Assembly: GCA_043810925.1 (NCBI GenBank)
Contig: JBDRNT010000008.1
Location: 1 to 49,724 of the forward strand
Source: Candidatus Eiseniibacteriota bacterium
Lineage (GTDB): Bacteria; Arandabacterota; Arandabacteria; Arandabacterales; Arandabacteraceae
Length of the DNA stretch: 49,724 nt
Direction: 5' to 3'
Shown: positions 35,263 through 44,737 of the stretch, in pieces
How positions within the stretch are numbered: the stretch's first letter is position 1
Layout: each line of letters starts with the position of its first letter
Notes under the pieces: model-generated
The model's database searches: none
What the model was told of the DNA's origin: nothing
The model's input: the letters and a program-made list of their open reading frames with translations, nothing else
Translations under genes and position numbers: made by a program

Positions 35263-37547
35263 GGGCATTTAACGATCCGCTCGCGCCGGATGGGGAGATC
35301 CTCAACTCTCACGCCCGTCGCGTTGGAAACGGCATTGGCGACGGCGCCGGCAACGGGGATGATGGCGGGCTCCCCGAGACCCTTTGCCCCGAAGGGGCCG
35401 TCCGCCGAGTGGCAGTCAATGAACTCAACACGAAGGTCATCACATATATCGAGCGAGGTGGGCATGAGATAGGTGGAAAAATCGCGTGAGCAAACGCGGC
35501 CGTCCGTTACGGCGAACCTCTCGTAGAGGGCCAGGCCTATGCCCTGGGCAATACCTCCTTCGACCTGGGATGTCGCGGTCATGGGATTGATGATCTTGCC
35601 GCTGTCGTGAACCGCCAGGAAACTCTTCACGTCGACACGGCCCGTCTTGAGATCAACCTCGACCTCGGCGACATCTGTCGCGAAGGAGTAAACATGATAG
35701 GCTTTGCCCTGTCCCGTGGCTTCGTCGAGGCGGCAGTCGGGAACAACGTACCAGCCGGTTGCCGTGAGGTCCACTCTTCTGGCGAAGCACTCTGAGACGA
35801 TCTCGATGAAGCCCAGCCCCGTGTCGGACCTGGCACCAACCACGCCTCCATGTGACACATCATATACCGCCTTCGGGCCGAGGATGGAAGCGCCCACGCC
35901 CACCATACGTGTCTTTATCTTGTCACACGCGTCGATTATCGCATTGCCGCTTACAATGGTCGTCCTCGACGCAACCGTGGGACCCGAGTCGGGGACAACA
36001 CCCGTATCAACGGGATGGACACGCACGGCGTCCGTCCCGATTCCCAGCGAATCCGCTGCGATCTGGGAAAGCACGGTGAGGGCGCCCTGTCCCATGTCGG
36101 TACACCCTACGAAAACACTGACTGAACCGTCTTTCAAAATCTCGACCCTCGCCCCTCCCCTGTCAAGCACGCGTCCGGCCGCCCCCAGGCTCACACCGTA
36201 GTACATGGCCGCAAGTCCGCTCGAACGGACTCTGTCCTTACCCGTCGGCCTCGGCCCGAACTGCCGCCTGTCATCTCCAATGAGCTCCTTTGCACGTGTC
36301 AGTGTTTCCACAAGACCTGCGCTTTCATCGAGCACCTGTCCGGTCGCAGTGGTGCTGCCCTGCTTCAGGGCATTCTTAAGGCGGAATTCAATGGGACCGA
36401 GCCCGACCATTTCCGCCAGTTCATCGACGACCGCCTCACAGGCGAACACGACCTGCGGTGTTCCGAAACCTCTCATCGCTCCCTTGGGTGCCGTGTTCGT
36501 ATAGAATCCCTTGGTTGTCACGCTCACGTTCGGAATCTCGTAGGGACCCGGTGCATGTATCGTAGACCGGAAGAGCACGATCGGCGAGAGTGTGGCGTAG
36601 GCGCCTACGTCCGCGTAGAGATCGATCTCGGCGAAGGTCATCTTGCCGTCTCGGGTGCAGCCCATCCGGTAGTCCATACGCATCGGATGACGCTTGGAGG
36701 TATAGACCAGGTCTTCTTCCCTTGACAGTATCATCCTGACGGGTCTGCCGGTCTTGACAGCCAGTACGGCCAGCCTTGCACAGATCTCCGACGGCACATC
36801 TTCCTTGCCGCCGAAAGCTCCGCCTATGGGAAGCTGGATGACGCGCACCTTCGAAAGAGGTAAACCGAGGCACCTGGCAACAGCTTCCCTGATATAGAAC
36901 GGGCACTGGGCGGGCGCCAATATCTCAATCGATCCGTCAGCTCCGGGAACGGCCAGCGCGCCTAGCGGCTCCAGATATCCATGCTCCTGGACGGGCGTCG
37001 TGAAGGTCCGCTCAACAACAAAGTCGCTCTGCGCTTCACCGTCGGATATATCCCCTTTGATGACCTTTCGCTCGACGGCCAGGTTGCCGTCTCGATGGAC
37101 TGACGGGCAACCCGTCTTCCGGGCCTCTTCCACGGTCAAAACGGGCGGGAGCGTCTCCAGGATGATCTCGACGGCCGATGCGGCCCGGCGTGCGGCGTCA
37201 GCGTTCTCCGCACCGATAAGCGCAACACAATCTGCTTCATACCGGACAACACCACTGACAAAGAGCGGCTGGTCGTCTATTACCAGCCCAACGCGGTTCT
37301 CGCCCTGCACGTCGTCGCACGTAGCGGCGGCCACCACGCCCTCAAGCGACAGGGCCTTTCCCAGAAACACGTTCTTTATCCTCGAATGCGGTGTCCGGGC
37401 ATACACCATGCTTGCGTGGAGCATCCCGGGGAGACTCACATCCTGAATGAACCTCGTACTGCCCCGCGCCTTGGGCAAGCTGTCAACAGACGGGATAACA
37501 GTGCCCACGGCCGGTCTGATGTTATCTCTCACGTCTTGATACCTCAT
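35259..37547 (-). CDS. Xanthine dehydrogenase-family molybdopterin-binding subunit
   Basis: QEHGYLEP, IGGAFGGKED, AMRGFGTPQ, DMGQG, TVASR, QVEGGIAQGIG, GAKGLGEP with catalytic Glu. Confidence 0.94.
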   Translation of the reverse strand: MRYQDVRDNIRPAVGTVIPSVDSLPKARGSTRFIQDVSLPGMLHASMVYARTPHSRIKNVFLGKALSLEGVVAAATCDDVQGENRVGLVIDDQPLFVSGVVRYEADCVALIGAENADAARRAASAVEIILETLPPVLTVEEARKTGCPSVHRDGNLAVERKVIKGDISDGEAQSDFVVERTFTTPVQEHGYLEPLGALAVPGADGSIEILAPAQCPFYIREAVARCLGLPLSKVRVIQLPIGGAFGGKEDVPSEICARLAVLAVKTGRPVRMILSREEDLVYTSKRHPMRMDYRMGCTRDGKMTFAEIDLYADVGAYATLSPIVLFRSTIHAPGPYEIPNVSVTTKGFYTNTAPKGAMRGFGTPQVVFACEAVVDELAEMVGLGPIEFRLKNALKQGSTTATGQVLDESAGLVETLTRAKELIGDDRRQFGPRPTGKDRVRSSGLAAMYYGVSLGAAGRVLDRGGARVEILKDGSVSVFVGCTDMGQGALTVLSQIAADSLGIGTDAVRVHPVDTGVVPDSGPTVASRTTIVSGNAIIDACDKIKTRMVGVGASILGPKAVYDVSHGGVVGARSDTGLGFIEIVSECFARRVDLTATGWYVVPDCRLDEATGQGKAYHVYSFATDVAEVEVDLKTGRVDVKSFLAVHDSGKIINPMTATSQVEGGIAQGIGLALYERFAVTDGRVCSRDFSTYLMPTSLDICDDLRVEFIDCHSADGPFGAKGLGEPAIIPVAGAVANAVSNATGVRVEDLPIRRERIVKCP

Positions 37548-38502
37548 CGAGATTCGCTCTGGCGTCTTCCATCACCTTGAAGGCATCGCGCCCCGGGCCC
37601 ACGCGTTTGCCCGACTCGATGTACGCGCGGAACTCGTCGAGGAACGTGCCGCTTTCTATCTCATCCATGATTTCTCTGATCCTCGTTTTGACATCACTGT
37701 CGATCAGTCTGCTCCCCCGGGTGACTCCGCCAAAGTGCGCCGTGGAAGAGATCTGCTCCTCCAGACCGGCAAGACCCACTCTTGATATCAGCGAAGCCAT
37801 GTATTCTACTTCCGAAATGCACTCGATATAGGCGACTTCCGGCGAGTAACCCCGTTCTACAAGCACATCGAAGCTCGCCTTCATGAGCTCGATCAGACCG
37901 CCCGTCAAGACGCACTGCTCGCCGAGTAGATCGGCGACGGCCTCCTCTTTGAAACTCGATCGTATGACACCCGCCCTTGCACACCCTATCGCTTTGGCAT
38001 AGGCCATCGCAATGGCCATACCTGACGGATCATCACCGGTCGAAGCCACAAGTGCGGGTATGCCGCCCCCCGCCTTGTATCGAATCCGCAGTATCCCGCC
38101 CGGCCCCTTGGGTGCGACGAGGAACGCCGTCCGGCCTTCAGGGATCGCGACCAGACCGAAATGAACAGTGAAACCTGCAGCGAATCCTATGAAGCTGTCT
38201 CTCCCGAGGTTTGGTAGCACCTGGTCTCGACAGACTTCCGGGTGAGACTCATCCGGTGTGAGCACCATCACGATGTCGGACTTGCGTGCGACACCGGCAA
38301 CCGGCTGCGGGTCGAAACCGTCGGCGGCCGCCTTGTCAAACGACCTGCCCTTCCTGATGCCGATAAGAGGTGGGTTTCCGCTGTCTCTAAGATTGAGCGC
38401 CTGTGCTCGTCCCTGCGAACCGTATCCTACTATTCCGATCTGCTTTCCCAGCAGTATGGAGGTGTCGAGATCGTCTTCTGAGAAGATCCTCTTGCGTGTC
38501 AC
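37522..38502 (-). CDS. ilvC: Ketol-acid reductoisomerase (class I, divergent)
   Basis: GYGSQGRAQALNLRDSG, LTPDE, VAPKGPG, DLLGEQCVL.GG, AYIECISE, ISSTA. Confidence 0.9.
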   Translation of the reverse strand: MTRKRIFSEDDLDTSILLGKQIGIVGYGSQGRAQALNLRDSGNPPLIGIRKGRSFDKAAADGFDPQPVAGVARKSDIVMVLTPDESHPEVCRDQVLPNLGRDSFIGFAAGFTVHFGLVAIPEGRTAFLVAPKGPGGILRIRYKAGGGIPALVASTGDDPSGMAIAMAYAKAIGCARAGVIRSSFKEEAVADLLGEQCVLTGGLIELMKASFDVLVERGYSPEVAYIECISEVEYMASLISRVGLAGLEEQISSTAHFGGVTRGSRLIDSDVKTRIREIMDEIESGTFLDEFRAYIESGKRVGPGRDAFKVMEDARANLDEVSRRER

Positions 38503-38828
38503 GTGATCGCCGCTTTGATCTCCTTCTCAATCTCTTCCCTGGGACGGACGCCGACCATTCTGGCGGCTTCATCGCCCCCCTTGAAGACTATCAGCGTGGG
38601 TATCGCTCGTATCCCGTATTTCTGAGAGGAAACGGGGTTTTCATCGACATTGACCTTGCAGACCTTCATCGAATCCCCCATGGATTCCGCGATCTCCTCA
38701 ACCACAGGGCTCACTACGCGGCAAGGAGCACACCAGGGTGCCCAGAAATCAACCAGGACGACCCCCTCTGCCTTGAGAACCTGGTCTTCGAAATCAGAGT
38801 CATTGATGTCCGCCGGCTTGCCGCTCAT
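38499..38828 (-). CDS. trxA: Thioredoxin
   Basis: LVDFWAPWCAPCR, KVNVDEN, IRAIPTL. Confidence 0.96.
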   Translation of the reverse strand: MSGKPADINDSDFEDQVLKAEGVVLVDFWAPWCAPCRVVSPVVEEIAESMGDSMKVCKVNVDENPVSSQKYGIRAIPTLIVFKGGDEAARMVGVRPREEIEKEIKAAIT

Positions 38829-38872
38829 ATTACACCCTCCCTGAATCTGTCGCAGCCTGGATGGCTGGAAAC

Positions 38873-39634
38873 CTACTCTTCTATGGTGAACTCACATTTG
38901 AATTCTTCAGATACGTTGAACGCCCTGTCCATGACCTTACACCTGAATGTGTAAACTCCCGGACAGGACTGCCCATCAATGAACACGTCAAAGTGATCGT
39001 TGCCTCCCGCCCACTCAGGGTCGGCCTCGTATGTCAGGCACGGCGTTCGGAACCTGTAATTGTACACGAGCGAATCATCCGGAGTAGCCGCGCGTGGACT
39101 CCTCGCGACATCATGCGCATATATCCTGTACTCCCACGGGAAGATCTTGGGCGGTTTCCCCGGAGGGCAAATCACCGAATCGATTATGGGCGGCCTGTTG
39201 TCAAAGCGCACCACAAAATTCCTGCTGATAATAGTCTCCGCTCCCCGGCCGTCGACTACCCGGACGCTGAAGTCGAAGCTGGTGTCAGGAAGGTCGAGTA
39301 TCTGGTAATCGTTCTGATAGACCCGCACCCAGCCCGCCGGCTCCTCAAAGTGGACATCATCACCGGTATCGATATTGAGCCAATCCAGTTTGTTCGGCTC
39401 AAGCTTCACATAAGTCGCCCCCATCCCGAGATCATCATCATGATCCGTGGCTATCCATATGAAGTCAGCCGAATTCTGGAAAATCACCGTGCTCTCCGGA
39501 GGAGCCCATATGAACCATACGTTGGGCTGAAGATTGGATCCTGTGTTGATATCCTCGACGCAACCCCAGACGAGAGCACCCACCAAGCCTATGAAAACAA
39601 TGAGCTTCACATGTCTCACGACGGTTACCTCCAT
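38873..39634 (-). CDS. Hypothetical lipoprotein (Ig/beta-sandwich-like)
   Basis: Hydrophobic signal ending in a LVWG-C lipobox; beta-rich repeats (FSVRVVDGRG, FRCKVMDRAFN). Confidence 0.7.
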   Translation of the reverse strand: MEVTVVRHVKLIVFIGLVGALVWGCVEDINTGSNLQPNVWFIWAPPESTVIFQNSADFIWIATDHDDDLGMGATYVKLEPNKLDWLNIDTGDDVHFEEPAGWVRVYQNDYQILDLPDTSFDFSVRVVDGRGAETIISRNFVVRFDNRPPIIDSVICPPGKPPKIFPWEYRIYAHDVARSPRAATPDDSLVYNYRFRTPCLTYEADPEWAGGNDHFDVFIDGQSCPGVYTFRCKVMDRAFNVSEEFKCEFTIEE

Positions 39635-39690
39635 TGAATTATCCCTATAGACTATAATCAGGCTTCAGTCTGATTGTCAACACGTATAAG

Positions 39691-41073
39691 TCAAGCCAAA
39701 TCGGAGTCCGCCATCCAGGCCTTAAGAAGCCGGACACAATCTTGCCGTGTCATGGGTCTGGCCCGTCCTGCAGCCGCGTCCAGCAGGAAATCCTTGGCCC
39801 TTCCGACTGCAGGTCCCTCTTTTACTCCAAGAATCTCCATGATGTCACGCCCGTTCACAGGAAGGTCGAGATGTATGAGATCATCCTGCCCGAGCGCCCT
39901 GATCCGCCTTCGCAGGTCTTTGATACCAACGGTCATACCCGGTTCGGCACGCTGCGCCTTACAGTCCGCCTCCGCGAGTGCGAGAACCTGCTCCAGGCGG
40001 GGGCCCGTCCTCCTCACGAACCGCCGGACGGCCTTGTCAGTCCAGTCACTCGAGTAGTTGATCATGTGGTTCCTTATGAGAAACACCACGTCATCCGTCA
40101 GGCGATTCGGGAACCTGAGTCTTCGAAGAACCGTCCCGGCCGTTTCTGCCGAGACTGCCTCGTGACCGTAGTAGACGGCCCGGCCACGCCTGTAGGTGCG
40201 TGTATCATACTTTCCGATATCATGAAGTAGACCGGCGAGTCTGAGTGTGAGATCACGCGGAGTGTTGGCGGCCGTCCTGGCGGCGTGGGTGAAAAGGTCG
40301 TAGGCATGGTGAGGCGTATCCTGTGAAAACCCGTAGGTGCGGCTGAGCTCGGGATAGATGAGATCGCCTGTGCCTATCCTCTGCATCAGGCTCAAGGCGC
40401 TCCTGAGACGCCCGGACAGCAGTATTGTCTCAAGTTCGGTTCTGATTCTCTCGGGAGATACCCTCCCCAGCAGATACACCATCCTCGGCATGGCCTTCAG
40501 GAGTTGCCTGTCGATCGAAAAACCGAGAACCGCATAGAACCGTATGGCCCTGAGGATTCTCAACGGATCGAGCCACAGCATGAGACAGGGATCAGAGGGT
40601 GCCCTCAGGATGCCCGCCTTGAGATCGCGCCTGCCCCTGCTTGTGGGATCCACGATGGCAGACGGCGTGAAGACGGCGCGCCTCGATATGTCCGCATACA
40701 TGCAGTTGACCGTGAAATCACGCCGGTCTGCGTCGGTCCCAAGATCGCCCTCCAACCGGCAAAACTCTATCTCGATTCCCCGGCCGACGGTAAGGGCCGT
40801 GCCGAACCTTTTGAACACAACCGGCCGCGAGAATCCGAGATCTCTGTGGAGACGATGGGCAACAATCTCAGGTGCGATACCGTCAACCACAATGTCAAGA
40901 TCCTGCGAGACACGTCCCAGGAGGAGATCTCTCAGGAAGCCGCCGACTATGTAGGCCTTCGCGCCCCGCGGCTTAACAAACGATCTGATATGCCTGACGA
41001 TCTTGTGATGAGACTCAAGAGAGGACGCCGCCGCTGCGCTCCGTATCGCCCGGGCTGAAGATGCGGATTTCAT
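39691..41073 (-). CDS. Class II tRNA nucleotidyltransferase with HD domain (probably CC-adding)
   Basis: VGGFLRDLLLG...DLDIVV, RRDFTVN, DPLRILRAIRF, SPERIRTEL, HH.YD...H...LLHDIGK. Start at ATG 41073, coupled by ATGA to the upstream gene. Confidence 0.92.
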   Translation of the reverse strand: MKSASSARAIRSAAAASSLESHHKIVRHIRSFVKPRGAKAYIVGGFLRDLLLGRVSQDLDIVVDGIAPEIVAHRLHRDLGFSRPVVFKRFGTALTVGRGIEIEFCRLEGDLGTDADRRDFTVNCMYADISRRAVFTPSAIVDPTSRGRRDLKAGILRAPSDPCLMLWLDPLRILRAIRFYAVLGFSIDRQLLKAMPRMVYLLGRVSPERIRTELETILLSGRLRSALSLMQRIGTGDLIYPELSRTYGFSQDTPHHAYDLFTHAARTAANTPRDLTLRLAGLLHDIGKYDTRTYRRGRAVYYGHEAVSAETAGTVLRRLRFPNRLTDDVVFLIRNHMINYSSDWTDKAVRRFVRRTGPRLEQVLALAEADCKAQRAEPGMTVGIKDLRRRIRALGQDDLIHLDLPVNGRDIMEILGVKEGPAVGRAKDFLLDAAAGRARPMTRQDCVRLLKAWMADSDLA

Positions 41074-42068
41074 ATTATGAGGTTTCCTACATCGTCGGGC
41101 GCCAGCGCTCCAGCGTATAGCAGATGCTCCCCGGTGGACGACTTGATACTGACCGTAGCGCCACCCTCGGCTTTCCCGTCGCTGTACCTCGCGACGATGG
41201 ATGCGGCAAGACTCTCTTCCTCCGGGGCACTTGCACCCCTCAGTATCGCGGTCGGCCCGGGGCAGCTCTCGGTAATGATCACCGTATCGGAATCGCGTGA
41301 GAGTGCAAGCAAACGCTCGTTGTCGGATTCGTTCCTCCCGACCACAAGCTTCGTCCCCCGCGGAAGTCTGAAATGCCGTCCGACCTTCAGGAGTTCTATT
41401 GCATCGAAGGTCAGTGTGTCGTGCGCGAGGAGATCCCTCATCCTCAAGGAGAAGTTGGGATCCGTAAGAAGACAGCCGCCACCTGGTGAGGAATAGCCGG
41501 TCACACCTTTCTCCCCGGCCAGCCGCATCAGTTCCTTCCGCGATCGTCCGCTGATCCCGAGGAGTCTGTCTCTGTCGACCCACCCCTTCTCTTCAGGAAC
41601 CGTCGGGGGCATGAGCTGCGCGCACAGCGGTCTTAAGAGGAATCCATCAAGCCCGCTTGCCTTCTCAACCTGTCTCATAGTAACGGCTCGCTGGGACATG
41701 GGTCGTTGCCCGACGACCTCACCGGTCACCACGAATGAGGCGCTCTCAGCCTCCATGATCTCCCGGGCTTTCTTCAACATGTAGATCCGGCAGTCGATAC
41801 AGGGATTAACATTGCTCCCGTAACCGTGACGCGGGTTTCGGATGATCTCAAGATAGTCATCCTTAAGCGGGACGACCTTCAGAGCGACTCCGAGCGCGCG
41901 GGCCACCGATTGCGCGGGTGAATTCTCAGCATCTCCGGCACACGCGCCGAATGGGCCGGTGAAATTCACGACCGTTACTTCGATGTCCTGCTCCTGCATC
42001 ATTCGGACCGCAAGACTGCTATCGAGTCCGCCTGAGAGCAGGCATATCGCGGTTACATGTTTCTTCAT
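41070..42068 (-). CDS. ThiI/MnmA-like PP-loop tRNA sulfurtransferase with C-terminal DUF814/NFACT-R-like domain
   Basis: LLSGGLDS, HGYGSNVNPCIDCR, TGEVVGQRPMSQ, LLRPL, GGCLLTD, GRHFR, GRNESDN. Confidence 0.85.
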   Translation of the reverse strand: MKKHVTAICLLSGGLDSSLAVRMMQEQDIEVTVVNFTGPFGACAGDAENSPAQSVARALGVALKVVPLKDDYLEIIRNPRHGYGSNVNPCIDCRIYMLKKAREIMEAESASFVVTGEVVGQRPMSQRAVTMRQVEKASGLDGFLLRPLCAQLMPPTVPEEKGWVDRDRLLGISGRSRKELMRLAGEKGVTGYSSPGGGCLLTDPNFSLRMRDLLAHDTLTFDAIELLKVGRHFRLPRGTKLVVGRNESDNERLLALSRDSDTVIITESCPGPTAILRGASAPEEESLAASIVARYSDGKAEGGATVSIKSSTGEHLLYAGALAPDDVGNLII

Positions 42069-43087
42069 TTCAGCACCTGTCGAAGGGCGTCCCGGGATTC
42101 CTTGATCAGATCCCGCACCGGCAGATCGAAAGGACAGCGCTCTTCGCACTGCCCGCACTCATCGCACCCGTTGGCTTTGTCCAGAACATCCCTGTATTCT
42201 TCGTTTCTCATGAATGTCTCACCCACACGCTTCCTGATGCTGTCTATGTGGAGCATCAACGCAATCGGGATATCCTTCGGGCATGGCTGGCAGTAGTCAC
42301 ACCGCCGGCAGAAGGTCTTACCCAGTTCGGTCCTTGTCCTCTCGGCGTCGTCCAGCTCGGCCGCGGTGAGGGGCCGAAGATCGGACGCCGCTTCGACGTT
42401 CCGGTCGACCTCGTCGACCGCCGCCATACCCGGAATCGCAATCACCCCCGGGGTAGAAAGAACATACCTGATAGCCACATCGCACTGCTCTATGCAACCA
42501 CCACCCAGCGGCTTCATCGCGATAACACCAAGGTCCTTCTCAAGAGCCAGCGGTATCACTTCCTTCCCGGCACCGTCCTCGACGAAGCTGTAGAGCACCT
42601 GGATGGTATCGAAGCGATTCGTCCCGATAGCCTGCTTGAGTATCCCAAGGTTGTGACTTGTTATGCCGACAAACCGCACCCGTCCCTCCGACCGGAGCTC
42701 CTCAAGTGCCTCCAGCGCGCCCCCAGGCGCCATTACCGTCGCAAGCTCGTCGGCTTTGTTCACACAGTGAACTTGATAGAGGTCAATCACATCGATACCC
42801 AAATCGGATAGACTCTGGTTGAAGTCTTCGAGCATTTCCTCCCGGGTACGCTTCGGCGATTTCGAGGCAAGAACGACCTTCGCAGCGTGCGTGGCCAGGG
42901 CCGTTCCTATCTTCTTCTCACTGTCCCCGTAGCCACGGGCGGTATCGAAGAAATCGATTCCGCGCTCCAGAGCACGCTTGATGACCGCCGTCGCCTCATC
43001 CTGTGTCACCCTCATGATCGGAATGCCACCGAACCCGAGCATCGAGACGGAGATTCCGGTTCGTCCCAGTCGTCTTTTCCCAAGCAT
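42065..43087 (-). CDS. Aldo/keto reductase with C-terminal 4Fe-4S dicluster
   Basis: LGFGGIPI, FDTARGYGDSE, DLYQVH, GITSH, AMKPLGGG; CRRCDYCQPCP and CDECGQCEERCP. Confidence 0.93.
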   Translation of the reverse strand: MLGKRRLGRTGISVSMLGFGGIPIMRVTQDEATAVIKRALERGIDFFDTARGYGDSEKKIGTALATHAAKVVLASKSPKRTREEMLEDFNQSLSDLGIDVIDLYQVHCVNKADELATVMAPGGALEALEELRSEGRVRFVGITSHNLGILKQAIGTNRFDTIQVLYSFVEDGAGKEVIPLALEKDLGVIAMKPLGGGCIEQCDVAIRYVLSTPGVIAIPGMAAVDEVDRNVEAASDLRPLTAAELDDAERTRTELGKTFCRRCDYCQPCPKDIPIALMLHIDSIRKRVGETFMRNEEYRDVLDKANGCDECGQCEERCPFDLPVRDLIKESRDALRQVLK

Positions 43088-43240
43088 AGCGCCTCCTCGA
43101 TCATTCAGTCTCAATATAGGGTATCGCCTGACCCATTCAAAACGAAAAATCGGACCCGGGCCGGCACCGGCAGAAATGGGCTAAGCACACGGCGCCGGAT
43201 AGTCGATATACCTCTTAAGCCTTATAAACGCGGAGGATCC

Positions 43241-44137
43241 ATGCTTCTCGACTCTATACTCGACTCGGCCCAGGACACGCCGCTCATCCGGCTTAAGACC
43301 ATGTCATCAGGCAACGTCTTTGCGAAGGCGGAATTCTTAAACCCCGGTGGGAGCGTCAAGGACCGGGTGGCGAAGCATATTGTCGAATCGGCTGAGAAAG
43401 AGGGGAAGCTCCGTCCGGGAATGACGATTATCGAAGCCACTTCGGGCAACACGGGCATAGGGCTGAGTCTTGTCGGGATCCAGAAAGGATACCCTGTGAT
43501 CTGTATCATGCCCGACAACATGAGTGAGGAGCGACGGAGGATCATCCAGGCATTCGGTGGCGAGATCGTCTACACACCCGCCGAGAAGAGCCTGCCGGGC
43601 AGCCTTGAGAAAGTGAAGGAGATCACTCGGGGCGAGCCTGAGAAGTACTTCATCGCCAATCAGTTTTCCAATCCTCACAACCCCGAGATTCACTACACGC
43701 AAACCGCCCCCGAAATCTGGAAGGACATCGACGGCAAGGTCGATATCTTCGTAGCCGGCGTCGGCAGCGGTGGGACGCTTCAGGGAATCGGAACGTTCCT
43801 CAGAGAGAGGATACCCGGGGTGAAGATCGTTGCGGTCGAACCCAAAAGCAGTGCCGCGCTCCTTGGCAGAGAACCCGGTCTTCACCAGATACACGGGATC
43901 GGTGACGGCTTTATTCCTGATGTGCTGGATGTGAACATAGTCGACATGGTCTTCACCGTATCGGATGAGGAAGCCATAGACACTACACGCAGACTGTCCC
44001 AGGAAGAAGGGCTTCTCGTAGGGACATCCTCCGGAGCCAACGTCTTTGCCGCTCTTCACATGGATAACGGCCGTAACAGGGTCGTGACCATTCTTCCTGA
44101 TCGGGCGGAGAGATACTTCAGCACCGCGCTTCTTTGA
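43241..44137 (+). CDS. cysK: Cysteine synthase (PLP-dependent O-acetylserine sulfhydrylase family)
   Basis: KAEFLNPGGSVKDR, EATSGNTGIG, NQFSNP, GVGSGGT, HQIHGIG, GTSSGA, PDRAERYFST; ATG 43241 behind GGAGG. Confidence 0.94.
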   Translation: MLLDSILDSAQDTPLIRLKTMSSGNVFAKAEFLNPGGSVKDRVAKHIVESAEKEGKLRPGMTIIEATSGNTGIGLSLVGIQKGYPVICIMPDNMSEERRRIIQAFGGEIVYTPAEKSLPGSLEKVKEITRGEPEKYFIANQFSNPHNPEIHYTQTAPEIWKDIDGKVDIFVAGVGSGGTLQGIGTFLRERIPGVKIVAVEPKSSAALLGREPGLHQIHGIGDGFIPDVLDVNIVDMVFTVSDEEAIDTTRRLSQEEGLLVGTSSGANVFAALHMDNGRNRVVTILPDRAERYFSTALL

Positions 44138-44236
44138 ACAGGCAATCCACGAAGTCCAACCGGTGTGAAAATGTTGACGCCGCAGGCATGACGTGGGATA
44201 GTAGACTATAACGTTGCCCTGGCAAAGGAGGCCGCG

Positions 44237-44695
44237 GTGAGAGAAAGTGGCAGGACAGTTCCCATGGTCCTGGCCGCAGTGCTCGTCGTTACAGGAATCG
44301 CAGGCGCATTCGTCTTCTACCATTTCTCCACGGGGACGACCGAAGAACGTGAAGCACGGCGCGCGGCCGCCTTCTACCACAAACGCTTCGTCGCCGAATT
44401 CGATTCGCTCTCCAGGGCCCGGCTACAGCCTGTCCTGTATCGCGCAGGCACGTTCACGGCATCCGGGTTTGACGCCGAACGTAAGACCTGGACGGTCACG
44501 ATAACCGCAGCCGACTGGAAAAGACGGCCCGAGAGCTCCAAGAAGGACCTCGCGGCGAGGCTTCTGACCGCCTTCAGCGGCGCCAGATCCCAGGCCGGAG
44601 GCGATGCCGGTAAGGCGGAGGTCATAATCAAGTGTGAAGATAACGAGCGGGTTGCCAGGTGCACACTTGCCGGAGGAGCAGAGATCCTCAAGTAG
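44237..44695 (+). CDS. Hypothetical membrane-anchored protein
   Basis: One N-terminal hydrophobic helix; AAGGAGG SD before GTG. Confidence 0.6.
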   Translation: MRESGRTVPMVLAAVLVVTGIAGAFVFYHFSTGTTEEREARRAAAFYHKRFVAEFDSLSRARLQPVLYRAGTFTASGFDAERKTWTVTITAADWKRRPESSKKDLAARLLTAFSGARSQAGGDAGKAEVIIKCEDNERVARCTLAGGAEILK

Positions 44696-44737
44696 CAGGA
44701 CACGAAAGCGACGTTGGTCTATAGGGAGGATACCCGG

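Noticed and set aside
41074-41583. 170-aa N-terminal extension of the nucleotidyltransferase
   Set aside because: Overlaps the sulfurtransferase-like gene in another frame; the ATGA coupling at 41073 marks the start.
43337-44380. 347-aa ORF antisense to cysK (also 47316-48272 and 13305-14135)
   Set aside because: Shadow ORFs of real genes.
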